DNA from: Bdellovibrionales bacterium
GTDB taxonomy: Bacteria > Bdellovibrionota > Bdellovibrionia > Bdellovibrionales > UBA1609
Direction: 5' to 3'
Assembly: GCA_965261545.1 (NCBI GenBank)
Contig: CBDHDF010000002.1
Coordinates: 800,001-864,000 of the forward strand
DNA: 64,000 bases
In this document: piece by piece, positions 39,315-49,112 of the stretch
Position numbering within the stretch: the first letter of the stretch is position 1
Layout of the letters: each line of letters opens with the position of its first letter
Notes under the pieces: model-generated
Told to the model about the DNA's origin: nothing
The model's input: only the letters and a program-made list of their open reading frames with translations
Databases searched by the model: none
Made by a program: the position numbers and the translations under genes

Positions 39315-39683
39315 TTACAAGGGCTTAAAATTGGCCAGATAAATAGCCATCACACCAAGCCCTATGATGACAAACCACAAAATCTTGGCCACTTGCTGGC
39401 TTTTTCTCACAAAGGGGCTGGCAAACCCATAAAATATCCATATGGACAGCTTGAGCCAAATCCACAATGGCCAGGGAGCCTCCACTCCCGTACGAACAAG
39501 AAGGCCAAAACCTCCAATAAGAGCTATGAATAGCCCCACTCCATGGGTGATACTAGGGAGTTTTCGATGGGCCCATTTTTTACCACCTCCTTGAAATCCA
39601 TTGAGGAGAATGGACCCATAGGCTAAAAAAATCATCAGAATTCCTGTGAGGTGAATCACTTTGTAAGTTGCATATGAGAACAT
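39315..39683 (-). CDS. Small four-TM membrane protein (SirB2-like, tentative)
   Basis: YKVIHL.G, HGVGL...GFGL, WP.WI..KL..W, terminal KP. Confidence 0.65.
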   Translation of the reverse strand: MFSYATYKVIHLTGILMIFLAYGSILLNGFQGGGKKWAHRKLPSITHGVGLFIALIGGFGLLVRTGVEAPWPLWIWLKLSIWIFYGFASPFVRKSQQVAKILWFVIIGLGVMAIYLANFKPL

Positions 39684-39731
39684 AGAGCCCCTCTTTCATT
39701 CATCATGAAGCATTATAAACAACAACTTGCT

Positions 39732-40376
39732 TCATGTTCCAAGTCTTTTTCTTCGGGAGATGGCGAAAATCAAGTCTCCCGACTCAAAAATATATCCCTC
39801 TCCCTGGAATGCTTTACAACAAAAAACAAAGCCATGGCTTCTTTGGTCTAAGACTTTCCAATTGGTCATACGAACATTGCTTAAAGTTATCTTGCTGTTT
39901 TTTTCGTCAATAGTCTTAAAAGCCGCCTCTTTGGCTCCCCACAGTAAGGCTAGGGAAGGTGCAGATATAATTTCCTCCTTGTTAGAAACACGATTCACCA
40001 CTCTCTTTGTAATACGGGATTTTTGCTCAATATCCAGTCCTAGGAAGATATTGGGGGAGTACTCAAAAATGAATCCGGCCAATATCCGGCAATGAGAGAT
40101 AGAAATAGCCATACCAGGACCTTTGGGAGGCCCTCCTGGAGTGAGAAGAGGCTGTCGATACACTCCAAGAATTGTTTGTTTTTCTAATTGAGACACCAAT
40201 GATTGCCTTAATTGCAGACGTACTTTGTAGTTGGGAGGGCCTAAAAAATAGAAATGGCCACATATGGAGGAGCACCAACATTTTTGATTGAGTTTAACAA
40301 ATTGACTCTGTATATCATCAATTTTTGTATCACTCGCAGGAAGAGTCGGTGGAAAAGCACGAGTGTGTTGCGTCAT
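39732..40376 (-). CDS. 4'-phosphopantetheinyl transferase superfamily protein
   Basis: G.P, ISISH, GLDIE, WGAKEAAFK. Confidence 0.85.
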   Translation of the reverse strand: MTQHTRAFPPTLPASDTKIDDIQSQFVKLNQKCWCSSICGHFYFLGPPNYKVRLQLRQSLVSQLEKQTILGVYRQPLLTPGGPPKGPGMAISISHCRILAGFIFEYSPNIFLGLDIEQKSRITKRVVNRVSNKEEIISAPSLALLWGAKEAAFKTIDEKNSKITLSNVRMTNWKVLDQRSHGFVFCCKAFQGEGYIFESGDLIFAISRRKRLGT

Positions 40377-40996
40377 TTATGACTCGTGTTTTCTTCAATG
40401 AGTTTTTCAAAGAACTTGAGAGCCTCAGGGGTATACCACCGATCCACTCCCATAATCTTACGAATAAGCCGGAGGTCTTTGCCTAAGATATAGGATTCTG
40501 GCAAAACTTCCGTGCCATATTGACGAGCTAGTTTCTTGTCTTTGTCCCACACCAACTTAATATGAGGGCTTGCAACTTGAAAGGCTCTGAGAAAACTCTT
40601 CATATCTTCGAGAGTTTCATCGGCTGAAACGGCAATAAGAATAACTTGACCCTGAAAATGCTCCACCAACTGTAGCATGGAGGGAAACTCATCCACACAG
40701 GGCTCGCACCAAGAAGCCCAAAAATTAAGGATCACAATTTTATTCTGAAGTTGAGAAAGGGAGAATTTATTTCCATGGATGTCCCGGACATTGAAATCAG
40801 GAGCCCCATTTTTTTTTATTTGCTTGAACTTAAGAATGGAGGGAGAGGGACGTGACCCTTGGGTGAGTGTATCTTTAAATTGGGTCCAAGCCATATAGAA
40901 TAGAAGACCCATAAGAAGAACGACAATTCCTCCTTGCGCATGGCCTGGGATTTTTGAAGAACTTGTTTTTATTTCTTTAAAGAAGTTTTTTCTCAT
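40373..40996 (-). CDS. TlpA-family thiol:disulfide oxidoreductase
   Basis: N-terminal TM helix, APDF, LNFWASWCEPC..E.P, LPESY. Confidence 0.93.
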   Translation of the reverse strand: MRKNFFKEIKTSSSKIPGHAQGGIVVLLMGLLFYMAWTQFKDTLTQGSRPSPSILKFKQIKKNGAPDFNVRDIHGNKFSLSQLQNKIVILNFWASWCEPCVDEFPSMLQLVEHFQGQVILIAVSADETLEDMKSFLRAFQVASPHIKLVWDKDKKLARQYGTEVLPESYILGKDLRLIRKIMGVDRWYTPEALKFFEKLIEENTSHK

Positions 40997-42258
40997 TTCT
41001 TCATTTTCAAAGATAAAATGACTTCACAAGCTTCGCGAACACAGCCCTGTCCTCCCTTATTGGCACAAATATAGTGGGCCACATTTTTGTTTTCCTCACA
41101 TCCATCTTGAGGAGTGAAGGCGAGCCCCACCATTTCCATGGCTTTGGTGTCATTGGTATCATCACCAATATAGGCGACATGTTCAGGAGAAATATTGGAG
41201 TCATCGAGCAACTTTTTCAAAACCATGGGTTTGTTTTGAATACCTTGAAAAACATAATCAAATTTCAACTCCTTGCCACGACGAGCCACAACCTCTGTAT
41301 CTCCCGCAGTAAGAATAGCTGTTTTAACCCCCTGGCCTTGGAGAAGTTTAATGCCTTGGCCATCTTTTGTGTTAAACTTTCTCATTTCCTTACCAGAGGT
41401 CCCATAGTACAAACCAGCATCGGTTAACACTCCGTCCACATCAGTGACAAAGAGTTGAATGTCTTTATTTTTGATCTGGTGCTGAATTTGTAAGCGTCGT
41501 AACAAGCACTCAAGACTTTCCCCATCCAACCTCCGTGGGCCATGGCAGCGATCCTTATTGCTCATTTCAAATTGATGACCAACATAACCAGTGTTGAGAG
41601 CATAAACAGCACTTAGGTAAGTTGCGGGGCCCATCGCATAGAAGCCCACCTTCCCTGAGAGGTACTGGCGAGACTTCATGAAGGAACTATAAGAAGTGAT
41701 ATAAAAGGCTCCATTTTCTATGAGATCCCCCTGCTGCTGTCCTTGCCCACTTCTTAAAAGAGACTCCCTAGGCTCCTCATGCAAAGGCAAAGCGATATGA
41801 TCAGTCCCCTCTCTCCAAGTAAAATGAGGGGCACGAACCACGGACAAAAGGCTGTCAAAACCACCAGAGCCATAGGACTCAAAAGCCCACTGAAGATCAT
41901 CTGATCGAAGAAATGGCTGACCTGCTTGAACGAAAATAATCTGTTTACAGGGGTTCTTTTCAAAATATTCCATGGTCAAATCTTCCACAGAGGAGGTTCT
42001 CATTTGAGAAGCCATGGAGGGGGAAAAAATAGAAATTTTTGGGAGCTTCCAACCTAAGATCAAATCTTTGATTCTTGTGGAAGATGTTGCCACCACCACT
42101 TGATCAATAGAGGGGCTATCACAGGTGGCTCGAAGAGCCCAATAAAAAAGAGGGCGTCCCGCAAAGTCCTGGGTGATAAAATCCAAGAGTTGGTCGGATG
42201 AAGTATGACAAACATAACCTGGAGTGGGAATAGGAATGAAAGCTATTAAGGAAGCCAT
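40993..42258 (-). CDS. Acylneuraminate cytidylyltransferase-like domain fused to KdsC/YrbI-type HAD phosphatase
   Basis: AGRPL..W, DSLLSV, ENGAFYI; C-terminal DVDGVLTD, KFNTKDG.G, YIGDD.ND, GG.G.VRE. Confidence 0.88.
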   Translation of the reverse strand: MASLIAFIPIPTPGYVCHTSSDQLLDFITQDFAGRPLFYWALRATCDSPSIDQVVVATSSTRIKDLILGWKLPKISIFSPSMASQMRTSSVEDLTMEYFEKNPCKQIIFVQAGQPFLRSDDLQWAFESYGSGGFDSLLSVVRAPHFTWREGTDHIALPLHEEPRESLLRSGQGQQQGDLIENGAFYITSYSSFMKSRQYLSGKVGFYAMGPATYLSAVYALNTGYVGHQFEMSNKDRCHGPRRLDGESLECLLRRLQIQHQIKNKDIQLFVTDVDGVLTDAGLYYGTSGKEMRKFNTKDGQGIKLLQGQGVKTAILTAGDTEVVARRGKELKFDYVFQGIQNKPMVLKKLLDDSNISPEHVAYIGDDTNDTKAMEMVGLAFTPQDGCEENKNVAHYICANKGGQGCVREACEVILSLKMKK

Positions 42259-42298
42259 ATATTTAACAACATATACAGGTTGTAGGCTTTAGCCAAAT

Positions 42299-42733
42299 TT
42301 AAAAAAGGGCGTCAACGCGTTGTGCATATGATCGCATCATATTGGGAAGATTGACCTTTAAAAGGGTCTTTGCAATGGGCCCTGGTACAAATAATTTAAA
42401 TTGAGCCTCGACACTGTAGGAGACCTCTGTGGTATTTTCTGTGGTTTGGGATTGTGTGAGGAGCCACTTCCCATGAGCTCGCTTAAATAAATCCCCTGAT
42501 TCAAAGACCCAAGAAAGCTCTGTGGGAGAAGTTTCCTTCATTCTTAAACGATATATAAATGTCTTCAGAAAAAAAATCTCAAACTCCACAAGAGGCTCTT
42601 TCCCTTGATTTTTGACCACCTCGCACCTTTGAATCTCAGATAAAAACTCGGGATATTTTTCGTAGTCTGTAATAATCGAAAAAAATTGCTCGGGTGGACA
42701 CTGAAATGTTTCATTGACAGAGACAGAGGTCAT
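42299..42733 (-). CDS. SRPBCC/polyketide cyclase (Coq10/RatA-like) protein
   Basis: F.IITDYEKYPEFL, GDLFK...G.W.L, V.Y; RBS AAGGA. Confidence 0.85.
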   Translation of the reverse strand: MTSVSVNETFQCPPEQFFSIITDYEKYPEFLSEIQRCEVVKNQGKEPLVEFEIFFLKTFIYRLRMKETSPTELSWVFESGDLFKRAHGKWLLTQSQTTENTTEVSYSVEAQFKLFVPGPIAKTLLKVNLPNMMRSYAQRVDALF

Positions 42734-42744
42734 GGGCTTTATCC

Positions 42745-43764
42745 TTATAATTGACAAGAAGTACCAAAGTCTATGAGGTCACTTTCCCAGTGGTTTTCGC
42801 AGGGAACACTTTTGAAGCCAAGAACTTTTAATACTTCACATAAAGTTGTTAGCTCTTGGTTGTAAAGATCCAAGGTACAGGCTCCTGCGACCTTAAAGTT
42901 TATCGTGTACTCCTGGAAAAAATCAAAGGTTCCGGGAGCAATGATGGGGCACTTCTCCACTCCTTCTTCACAAGTCAATTTTTGCCACTGATTGACCTTG
43001 CTATTTTCTCCATCTGTTAAAGAGGCCCCATAGGAATTGATAAAAGAAACTAATTGCTGGTCCGTACTTTGAAAGTTTTGAAACTCCTTCTCTCTTTGGC
43101 ATAGATCTAGTAGCAAAGGATTGAGGTCTTTGCGACTTGATTCAGAAGCACAAGAGACAACCTTAGAAATAAAGGGAGCCAGTTCTTGGGTGGACAACTT
43201 TGCATTTGAGTTGATTTGGTCAATTCCATCGTAAAGCCACCCAAAAGAGGCATCTTCAAATTCATCATAATAGGCCATCGGCTCTATGGCTTGGAGATCT
43301 CCCATGGTGAACCTTCTCAAAGTATCACCACTCTCAAAGGACTTAAAAAAGGCACTCAACTTTGAGTTATTGTCTATAAGAGATTTCACATAACCAAGAT
43401 GCTCTTCGGCCTTTTCGATTTCTCGGTGCGTGTATAAAAAAACAGGAGTTTCCCAGCCATCACATGAGTTTGTGGAAGCCACTCTCTTCCCTCGATTCTC
43501 CAAAAGTTCGCATATAAAAACACCTGTATCTGTTTTATTTATAGATGTGAGAGCCATATCCTCGGAAACAAGAGAATATGATGATTTCGATTTCATCCAA
43601 TCAATGGCTTTCAAGGCAGCTGGAGGAGAGACTGAGATCCCTTGGGAAGAAAGAGGAGGAGAGGCTTGAGCTTCGCTCAAAGTCCATAAGCTGGCTAAAC
43701 TGAAGCCAAAGGATAAGAACAAACAAGAAAAGAGATTAAGAATCATCATCATAACACCCTCCAC
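42745..43764 (-). CDS. Hypothetical secreted protein with several Cys
   Basis: 339-aa ORF with signal peptide ending AQA; no family recognised. Confidence 0.7.
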   Translation of the reverse strand: MEGVMMMILNLFSCLFLSFGFSLASLWTLSEAQASPPLSSQGISVSPPAALKAIDWMKSKSSYSLVSEDMALTSINKTDTGVFICELLENRGKRVASTNSCDGWETPVFLYTHREIEKAEEHLGYVKSLIDNNSKLSAFFKSFESGDTLRRFTMGDLQAIEPMAYYDEFEDASFGWLYDGIDQINSNAKLSTQELAPFISKVVSCASESSRKDLNPLLLDLCQREKEFQNFQSTDQQLVSFINSYGASLTDGENSKVNQWQKLTCEEGVEKCPIIAPGTFDFFQEYTINFKVAGACTLDLYNQELTTLCEVLKVLGFKSVPCENHWESDLIDFGTSCQL

Positions 43765-43770
43765 ATCATT

Positions 43771-44265
43771 TTAAATATCAAAAATCGCTGCAACGCTATC
43801 TTGTTTTTTAAGTTCTGTGGGGCTCGTTGCTAAATAGAGTTCCCTGAGCAAGAGATCACGAGCTTTTTTTAACATATTTCTTTCACCAAAACTCAACTCT
43901 TTATCAACCTTAAGGAGGTAGAGATCACGCAGCACTTCAGCAATTTCATAAACAGAGCCTGTTTTAATCTTATCCATGTAATCACGGTAGCGACGATTCC
44001 ATGTTTGATTGTCAATTCTCACGTCTTTTTCTTTTAAAATATCAATGACTTCAGCTGCTTCTTTTCTTGAAATAATGGGACGTAATCCCACAGATTTGAC
44101 ATTCTTTTGGGGAATCATGACTTTTAGCTTCTTACCGTTCTCAATAATTTCCAAGCTATAAAAAGTTAATTTATTCCCAAAAATTTCTTTTGTCTCAATA
44201 GCAGTGACAGTGCCCACGCCTCGACCTGGGTATACGGCATTGTCACCGACTTTAAAACTTTCCAA
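43771..44265 (-). CDS. carD: CarD/CdnL-family RNA polymerase-binding regulator
   Basis: FKVGD.AVYP..GVG, IP....VGLR, WNRRYR, AEVLRDL, LSFGE; TTG start after AGGAGG. Confidence 0.93.
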   Translation of the reverse strand: MESFKVGDNAVYPGRGVGTVTAIETKEIFGNKLTFYSLEIIENGKKLKVMIPQKNVKSVGLRPIISRKEAAEVIDILKEKDVRIDNQTWNRRYRDYMDKIKTGSVYEIAEVLRDLYLLKVDKELSFGERNMLKKARDLLLRELYLATSPTELKKQDSVAAIFDI

Positions 44266-44451
44266 ATTGAACCTCCTGTTGCACAGCTTCTTATGTGGTT
44301 TATATCAGGTATGACACAGATTATCAAATATAATAATTGCATTTTAATTGCATTTGTAGTTATTACATTATTCACTATGGACCTTGGCATCTATGGTGCC
44401 TCAGAAATCATTAAGAATCATTAAATTGACAATACAACAAAAGGAGAGATC

Positions 44452-44598
44452 ATGAAAAAGAATTATTTCTACTCATTCTACTCAGGGGTCATTTCCTTTA
44501 TCTCTATAATGATGCCATTGACCACTATCGTTACCTTCATCTGTATCTCTTTAAGTGTCTTTGCCTCAAGAATTCACTCCAGCGGCTCTCAGGCGTGA
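44452..44598 (+). CDS. Candidate 48-aa hydrophobic small protein (below the ORF-track cutoff)
   Basis: AAGGAGA RBS then MKKNYFYSFYSGVISFISIMMPLTTIVTFICISLSVFASRIHSSGSQA*. Confidence 0.45.
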   Translation: MKKNYFYSFYSGVISFISIMMPLTTIVTFICISLSVFASRIHSSGSQA

Positions 44599-44611
44599 GG
44601 GGAGATAGCTG

Positions 44612-45634
44612 GTGAACATACCTTCATCAAATAATATTTCTGAAAATAATCTTTCTAAAGAATCTCCCCGTCCACCCCGTCTTCGAGGTTCTTGGGCTAT
44701 GAAGGAAATACTGGGGAGAACCCTTTTGCCCCACCATATGTTGAGTTGGATGGGCCACCATCGCCAAAGCCATCAAACCACCGTGCATAAAAATGCTCAA
44801 TTGGGGCTTTATAGTCGCATTTTCCCTGGAGATTTTCTTCATTATGGCTACTTTGAGAACCCAGAGGTCTCCACGGATCAATTGACTTTTTATGATGTTC
44901 AGCAAGCTCAACTGAAATATGCTCAAGAATTGATAAAACTCATTGAGTACACCGATAAGCCTATTCTCGATGTTGGCTCAGGTATGGGAGGGTTCTTGGG
45001 ACTGCTCCACGGATCGGGCTTTGATGTCACAGGTTTAACTCCCGATGAGCTTCAAGTGAATCATATACGCCGAACCCATGAGAACATTTCTGTTCTCCAC
45101 TGTCGATTCGAAGATATGCCTGTCAACGAGTATGCAGGAGCTTTTGGGACCATTATTCACTCGGAGTCCATTCAATACATGGACCCACTGCAAGTTTTTG
45201 ATATCGTCGATCAAACTTTGGATTCCCAAGGAACCTGGATTGTGGCCGATTACTTTCGCATGGGGAACGAAAAAGGAGAATCTTCAGGTTGGCTATGGCA
45301 AGACTTTCTCCAGGGTGTCAACGCAAAGGGATTCCAAATCACCCATAGCCGTGATATTACCGCTCATGTTCTTCCAACGCTTGGATTTGCCTATCTTCTC
45401 GCCTCTCGTATTGGCCTTCCTGTTTTTGACTTTGTCCAGGAAAAGATGCAATCAAAATCTCCCAAAATACATTATATTCTTGAAAATATCTTAACGGGAA
45501 CCCGCCGAGCCCTTCTTCAAAATATGGAGGTTTTAAATCCCGCCAACTTCGCCCGTCGCAAGCGTTATATGCTCATGTGTCTTGCTCGCAAGAATAAAAA
45601 TGAAACAGGAGACTCTACTGTATTTGGAGTTTAA
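44612..45634 (+). CDS. Class I SAM-dependent methyltransferase (sterol/tocopherol/cyclopropane-synthase-like)
   Basis: LHYGYF, ILDVGSGMGG, VTGLTP...Q, RFED, SESIQY, VADYF. Confidence 0.85.
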   Translation: MNIPSSNNISENNLSKESPRPPRLRGSWAMKEILGRTLLPHHMLSWMGHHRQSHQTTVHKNAQLGLYSRIFPGDFLHYGYFENPEVSTDQLTFYDVQQAQLKYAQELIKLIEYTDKPILDVGSGMGGFLGLLHGSGFDVTGLTPDELQVNHIRRTHENISVLHCRFEDMPVNEYAGAFGTIIHSESIQYMDPLQVFDIVDQTLDSQGTWIVADYFRMGNEKGESSGWLWQDFLQGVNAKGFQITHSRDITAHVLPTLGFAYLLASRIGLPVFDFVQEKMQSKSPKIHYILENILTGTRRALLQNMEVLNPANFARRKRYMLMCLARKNKNETGDSTVFGV

Positions 45635-46604
45635 ACAAAATGGAGTGCATGGCTTTCAAAAGATTTTTATCATAGCGATCTGCCAGTTTGCCTATCATAA
45701 ATTCCAGGGCTTCTGTGGAAACTTTAGGGCGATTGTAGGATCTTTGCGTGGTGAGGGCATCATAGGTATCTGTGATGGCAATGATCCTCGCCATGGGATG
45801 AATCTCACTTCCTTGAAGGCCCTGGGGGTAACCATTTCCCAAAGAGCTTTCATGGTGTTCAAAACAACAGGCTTTCACTGCTTCACTCACATTGTAATCG
45901 TCTAAAATTTGCAAACCGTAGTAGGGGTGCTTTCTCATCTGAGACCACTCGATATCATTGAGGGGACCATTTTTACAAATAATATTGGTATTGACATGCC
46001 TTTTGCCAATATCATGGAGAAGGGCGCCCTCCCCCAACTCTTGAAGATCGTCACCACTGTAGCCAACGATTTTACCAAGACCTAAGCTGTAGATTCCCAC
46101 ATCCAGAGAGTGGTTATAGGTGTAAAAATCATGGGTGGAAAGCCCCACAAGGTGAACCATAGCTTGGATATCGTGGTCCATAAATTCCACAAAATTGTGA
46201 ATAATTTCCTTAGAACCTTGAAGGGCTTGATACACATCAGGACTTTCAAAAAGCTCTTCCATCAAGGAAAGGGAACTTTCTCTTAAAATTAGAGCTTTGT
46301 CTTGGAGTTCTAGTTCGTCACAACTGAGGCGATCTCGAATATAATTCTTGTAAGCTTGCTTGTCACATACCTGAATAGAAAATCGATCAAAAGCCTGTTG
46401 CTCCAAAGCACAAATCTTGTCTTTTTCGAGTTGATCCCCCATCTTGAGATAGTGCACTTGTTTGTCGGCAATACGAACAAAAACATCAAAGGGAATGGGA
46501 GTTCCAGGAGTGAGGGAGTTCAAACGAATCTTGATATAGGATTCATCACGACTCCTCTGTGACTCTAAACCTGTCTCCATGGCATTGCTGTTGGGATTCA
46601 TCAT
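45615..46604 (-). CDS. HD-GYP domain protein (cyclic dinucleotide phosphodiesterase)
   Basis: YTYNHS, LLHDIGK, HP..G, HHE...G.GYP, DTYDALT..R.Y. Confidence 0.93.
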   Translation of the reverse strand: MMNPNSNAMETGLESQRSRDESYIKIRLNSLTPGTPIPFDVFVRIADKQVHYLKMGDQLEKDKICALEQQAFDRFSIQVCDKQAYKNYIRDRLSCDELELQDKALILRESSLSLMEELFESPDVYQALQGSKEIIHNFVEFMDHDIQAMVHLVGLSTHDFYTYNHSLDVGIYSLGLGKIVGYSGDDLQELGEGALLHDIGKRHVNTNIICKNGPLNDIEWSQMRKHPYYGLQILDDYNVSEAVKACCFEHHESSLGNGYPQGLQGSEIHPMARIIAITDTYDALTTQRSYNRPKVSTEALEFMIGKLADRYDKNLLKAMHSILFKLQIQ

Positions 46605-46717
46605 GCTTTCTATTCTGCCTGGTTTTATCTAAGAAATGAAGCAAAGCTTCAAGTGAAGTCATAACTAACACAACTAAAGTATTGACCTGCTTTAGGGCTA
46701 GTTTTAAAGATGAAACT

Positions 46718-48847
46718 ATGACTATTTACAATAACACTCCTGTTGAGTACTTAAAAGGCGTGGGTTTGAAGCGCTCCAATATATTAAGAAAAAAATCCAT
46801 TCGCACCGTAGGAGAACTTTTATATTGGTTTCCAAGGTCCTATGAAAATCGCCAGATCATGCGTGATGTGAGTAGTCTCCAACCGGGGGAGATTGTCAGC
46901 CTTGTTGCCACTGTTTTTAACATCCAATCTTTCCCCATGGGAAAGGGCCATCGCCGCATCTACGAAGTAATTGTGGGAGATGAATCGGGAAAAGCTCATT
47001 GTAAATACTTTCGCATTCCTTACAAGGGGTACTTTGAGAAGTTTCACCCCCACCAAAAGGTAAGAGTGTCGGGAGAGGTTTTTCAATACAGAAATCAGAT
47101 TCAGTTTCATCACCCCGATATTCACCCCTTTCACCCCGATGAAGAGCTAGAGGATGCCCTCATTCCCCTTTATACAGAAAAAGATGGATTAAGTTCCAAG
47201 AAACTTCAGCAGTTGATGGGAACGGCTATTGAGTCTCTCATTGACCATCCCCAGGACCATCGTCAATATGAGGGAGACACTAGGGTGCCAGGGGTCCCTG
47301 AAAAACTTCCACCCTGGCTTTTGCAAAAGTACGATTTAATGTCACTTCCAAAAGCCTTGAAGCAAATTCACCAACCTCCCCATGAGCAGAGCTTAGATTA
47401 TTTGAACTTTAAGGCTCCCTCTCAAAGGCGGATTATTTTTGACGAATTTTTTTGGCTAGAACTGCATGTGGCAAAAAAGCGGCAAGAAATTCGCAAAGAA
47501 ATCTCTGTGGCTATCTCCAAAAATCCCTCAGAGTTCTCCCGAGTCGACTTACTCATGAAGTCCTTGCCTTTTCATTTAACCAAAGCTCAGAAGAAAGCCT
47601 TTGAAGATATACAAGAAGACCTTGCCCAACCCCACCCCATGCACCGCATGGTTCAAGGGGATGTGGGCAGTGGAAAAACGGTTGTGGCCATGCTGGCCGC
47701 CGCCCATGTCACTGACCATGGAAGGCAGTCGGCTCTTATGGCACCCACAGAAATTCTAGCAGAACAACACTATAAAAATGCTAGGAAACTTTTGGAGCCT
47801 CTTGGAATAAAAGTGGGATTTCTATCAGGGGCCATGAAAACTGTGGCAAAAAGAGACATTATTGAAAAATTGATGGAAGGTCAAGTAGATTTATGCATGG
47901 GAACCCATGCCCTCATTCAAGAAAGTGTTTCCTTTAAGGACTTGGGTTTGGTGATGATTGATGAACAGCATCGTTTTGGTGTTGAGCAAAGAAATGAACT
48001 TTGCTCCAAGGGAAGATCTCCTCATTTTTTGGTCATGACAGCCACTCCCATACCACGAACCTTGGCCATGACTATTTATGGAGATTTAGATGTTTCCCTC
48101 ATCAATGAGTTGCCTGCTGGTAGAACTCCCATTTTGACCCGAACTGTGGACGAGTTCAAACGGCCCAAGGTCATGGGCTTTTTGTATGACCAAATCAAAA
48201 AGGGACTCCAAGCCTATATTATTTATCCACTGGTGGAAGAAAGTGAAAAAGTCGATTTAAAAAATGCTTTGTGTGAATTTGAAAAGCTTAAAAATAAGTT
48301 TCATGAATTTCAGGTGGGCCTTCTCCACGGAAGAATGCACTCCTCAGACAAACAAGAAGTGATGGAATCCTTTCACCGAGGTGATATCGATATTCTTGTC
48401 TCAACAACAGTCGTGGAGGTGGGGGTCGATGTGCCCAACGCCAACTTTATAATGATTGAACACTCTGAGAGGTTTGGGCTCTCTCAACTTCACCAGTTGC
48501 GAGGACGTGTCGGGAGAGGAGAACATAAAAGCTACTGTGTTCTCATGTTGGGCCACGCCGCTTCCGAAGAGGCCAAAGCTCGTGTACGAGTGCTTGAGGG
48601 CACCACAGATGGTTTTCAAATTGCAGAAGCTGACTTGGAAATGCGAGGACCAGGAGAGTTTTTAGGAAAACGGCAATCGGGGGTTTTGAACTTTAAAATA
48701 GCTCAGCTTAGACGTGATATTTCTGTTCTCCACGAGGCTCGAAGAGCTGCCTTTGAAGTCATGGAAAAAGACCCTGATTTATCTCTCAAAGAACACCAAC
48801 CTATGGGAGAAGAATTGGAACGAGCTTCTTCTATAATGAGATCATAA
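46718..48847 (+). CDS. recG: ATP-dependent DNA helicase RecG
   Basis: LKGVG, QGDVGSGKT, MAPTEILAEQH, DEQHRFGV, TATPIPRTL, QLHQLRGRVGRG, RGPGE..G.RQSG. Confidence 0.97.
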   Translation: MTIYNNTPVEYLKGVGLKRSNILRKKSIRTVGELLYWFPRSYENRQIMRDVSSLQPGEIVSLVATVFNIQSFPMGKGHRRIYEVIVGDESGKAHCKYFRIPYKGYFEKFHPHQKVRVSGEVFQYRNQIQFHHPDIHPFHPDEELEDALIPLYTEKDGLSSKKLQQLMGTAIESLIDHPQDHRQYEGDTRVPGVPEKLPPWLLQKYDLMSLPKALKQIHQPPHEQSLDYLNFKAPSQRRIIFDEFFWLELHVAKKRQEIRKEISVAISKNPSEFSRVDLLMKSLPFHLTKAQKKAFEDIQEDLAQPHPMHRMVQGDVGSGKTVVAMLAAAHVTDHGRQSALMAPTEILAEQHYKNARKLLEPLGIKVGFLSGAMKTVAKRDIIEKLMEGQVDLCMGTHALIQESVSFKDLGLVMIDEQHRFGVEQRNELCSKGRSPHFLVMTATPIPRTLAMTIYGDLDVSLINELPAGRTPILTRTVDEFKRPKVMGFLYDQIKKGLQAYIIYPLVEESEKVDLKNALCEFEKLKNKFHEFQVGLLHGRMHSSDKQEVMESFHRGDIDILVSTTVVEVGVDVPNANFIMIEHSERFGLSQLHQLRGRVGRGEHKSYCVLMLGHAASEEAKARVRVLEGTTDGFQIAEADLEMRGPGEFLGKRQSGVLNFKIAQLRRDISVLHEARRAAFEVMEKDPDLSLKEHQPMGEELERASSIMRS

Positions 48848-48871
48848 GTGAAGTCATAAAGCAAAAAGAAC

Positions 48872-48898
48872 TAAAGTTTAGTCTAGCAATTCCGATGC
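48872..48898 (+). promoter_or_regulatory. Candidate sigma28 (FliA) promoter
   Basis: TAAAGTTT-N11-TCCGATGC. Confidence 0.65.
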
Positions 48899-49112
48899 AC
48901 AGAATATAACCCCTTTGTAACTGTTTGTATTCCCTCTATCATTCCTCTGTATTTGCCTGTATATCCCACCGCCATACGTCTGTATATGTATATGATCTAT
49001 ATGTAATTGTATGCAATAATATATAAAAAATTATTAGTGAAGTGATTACAAAAATATTGACTATGTTGTTGATGTTGTTGGTGTTGTTGGTGATTTTTTT
49101 TGGAGACCAAAG

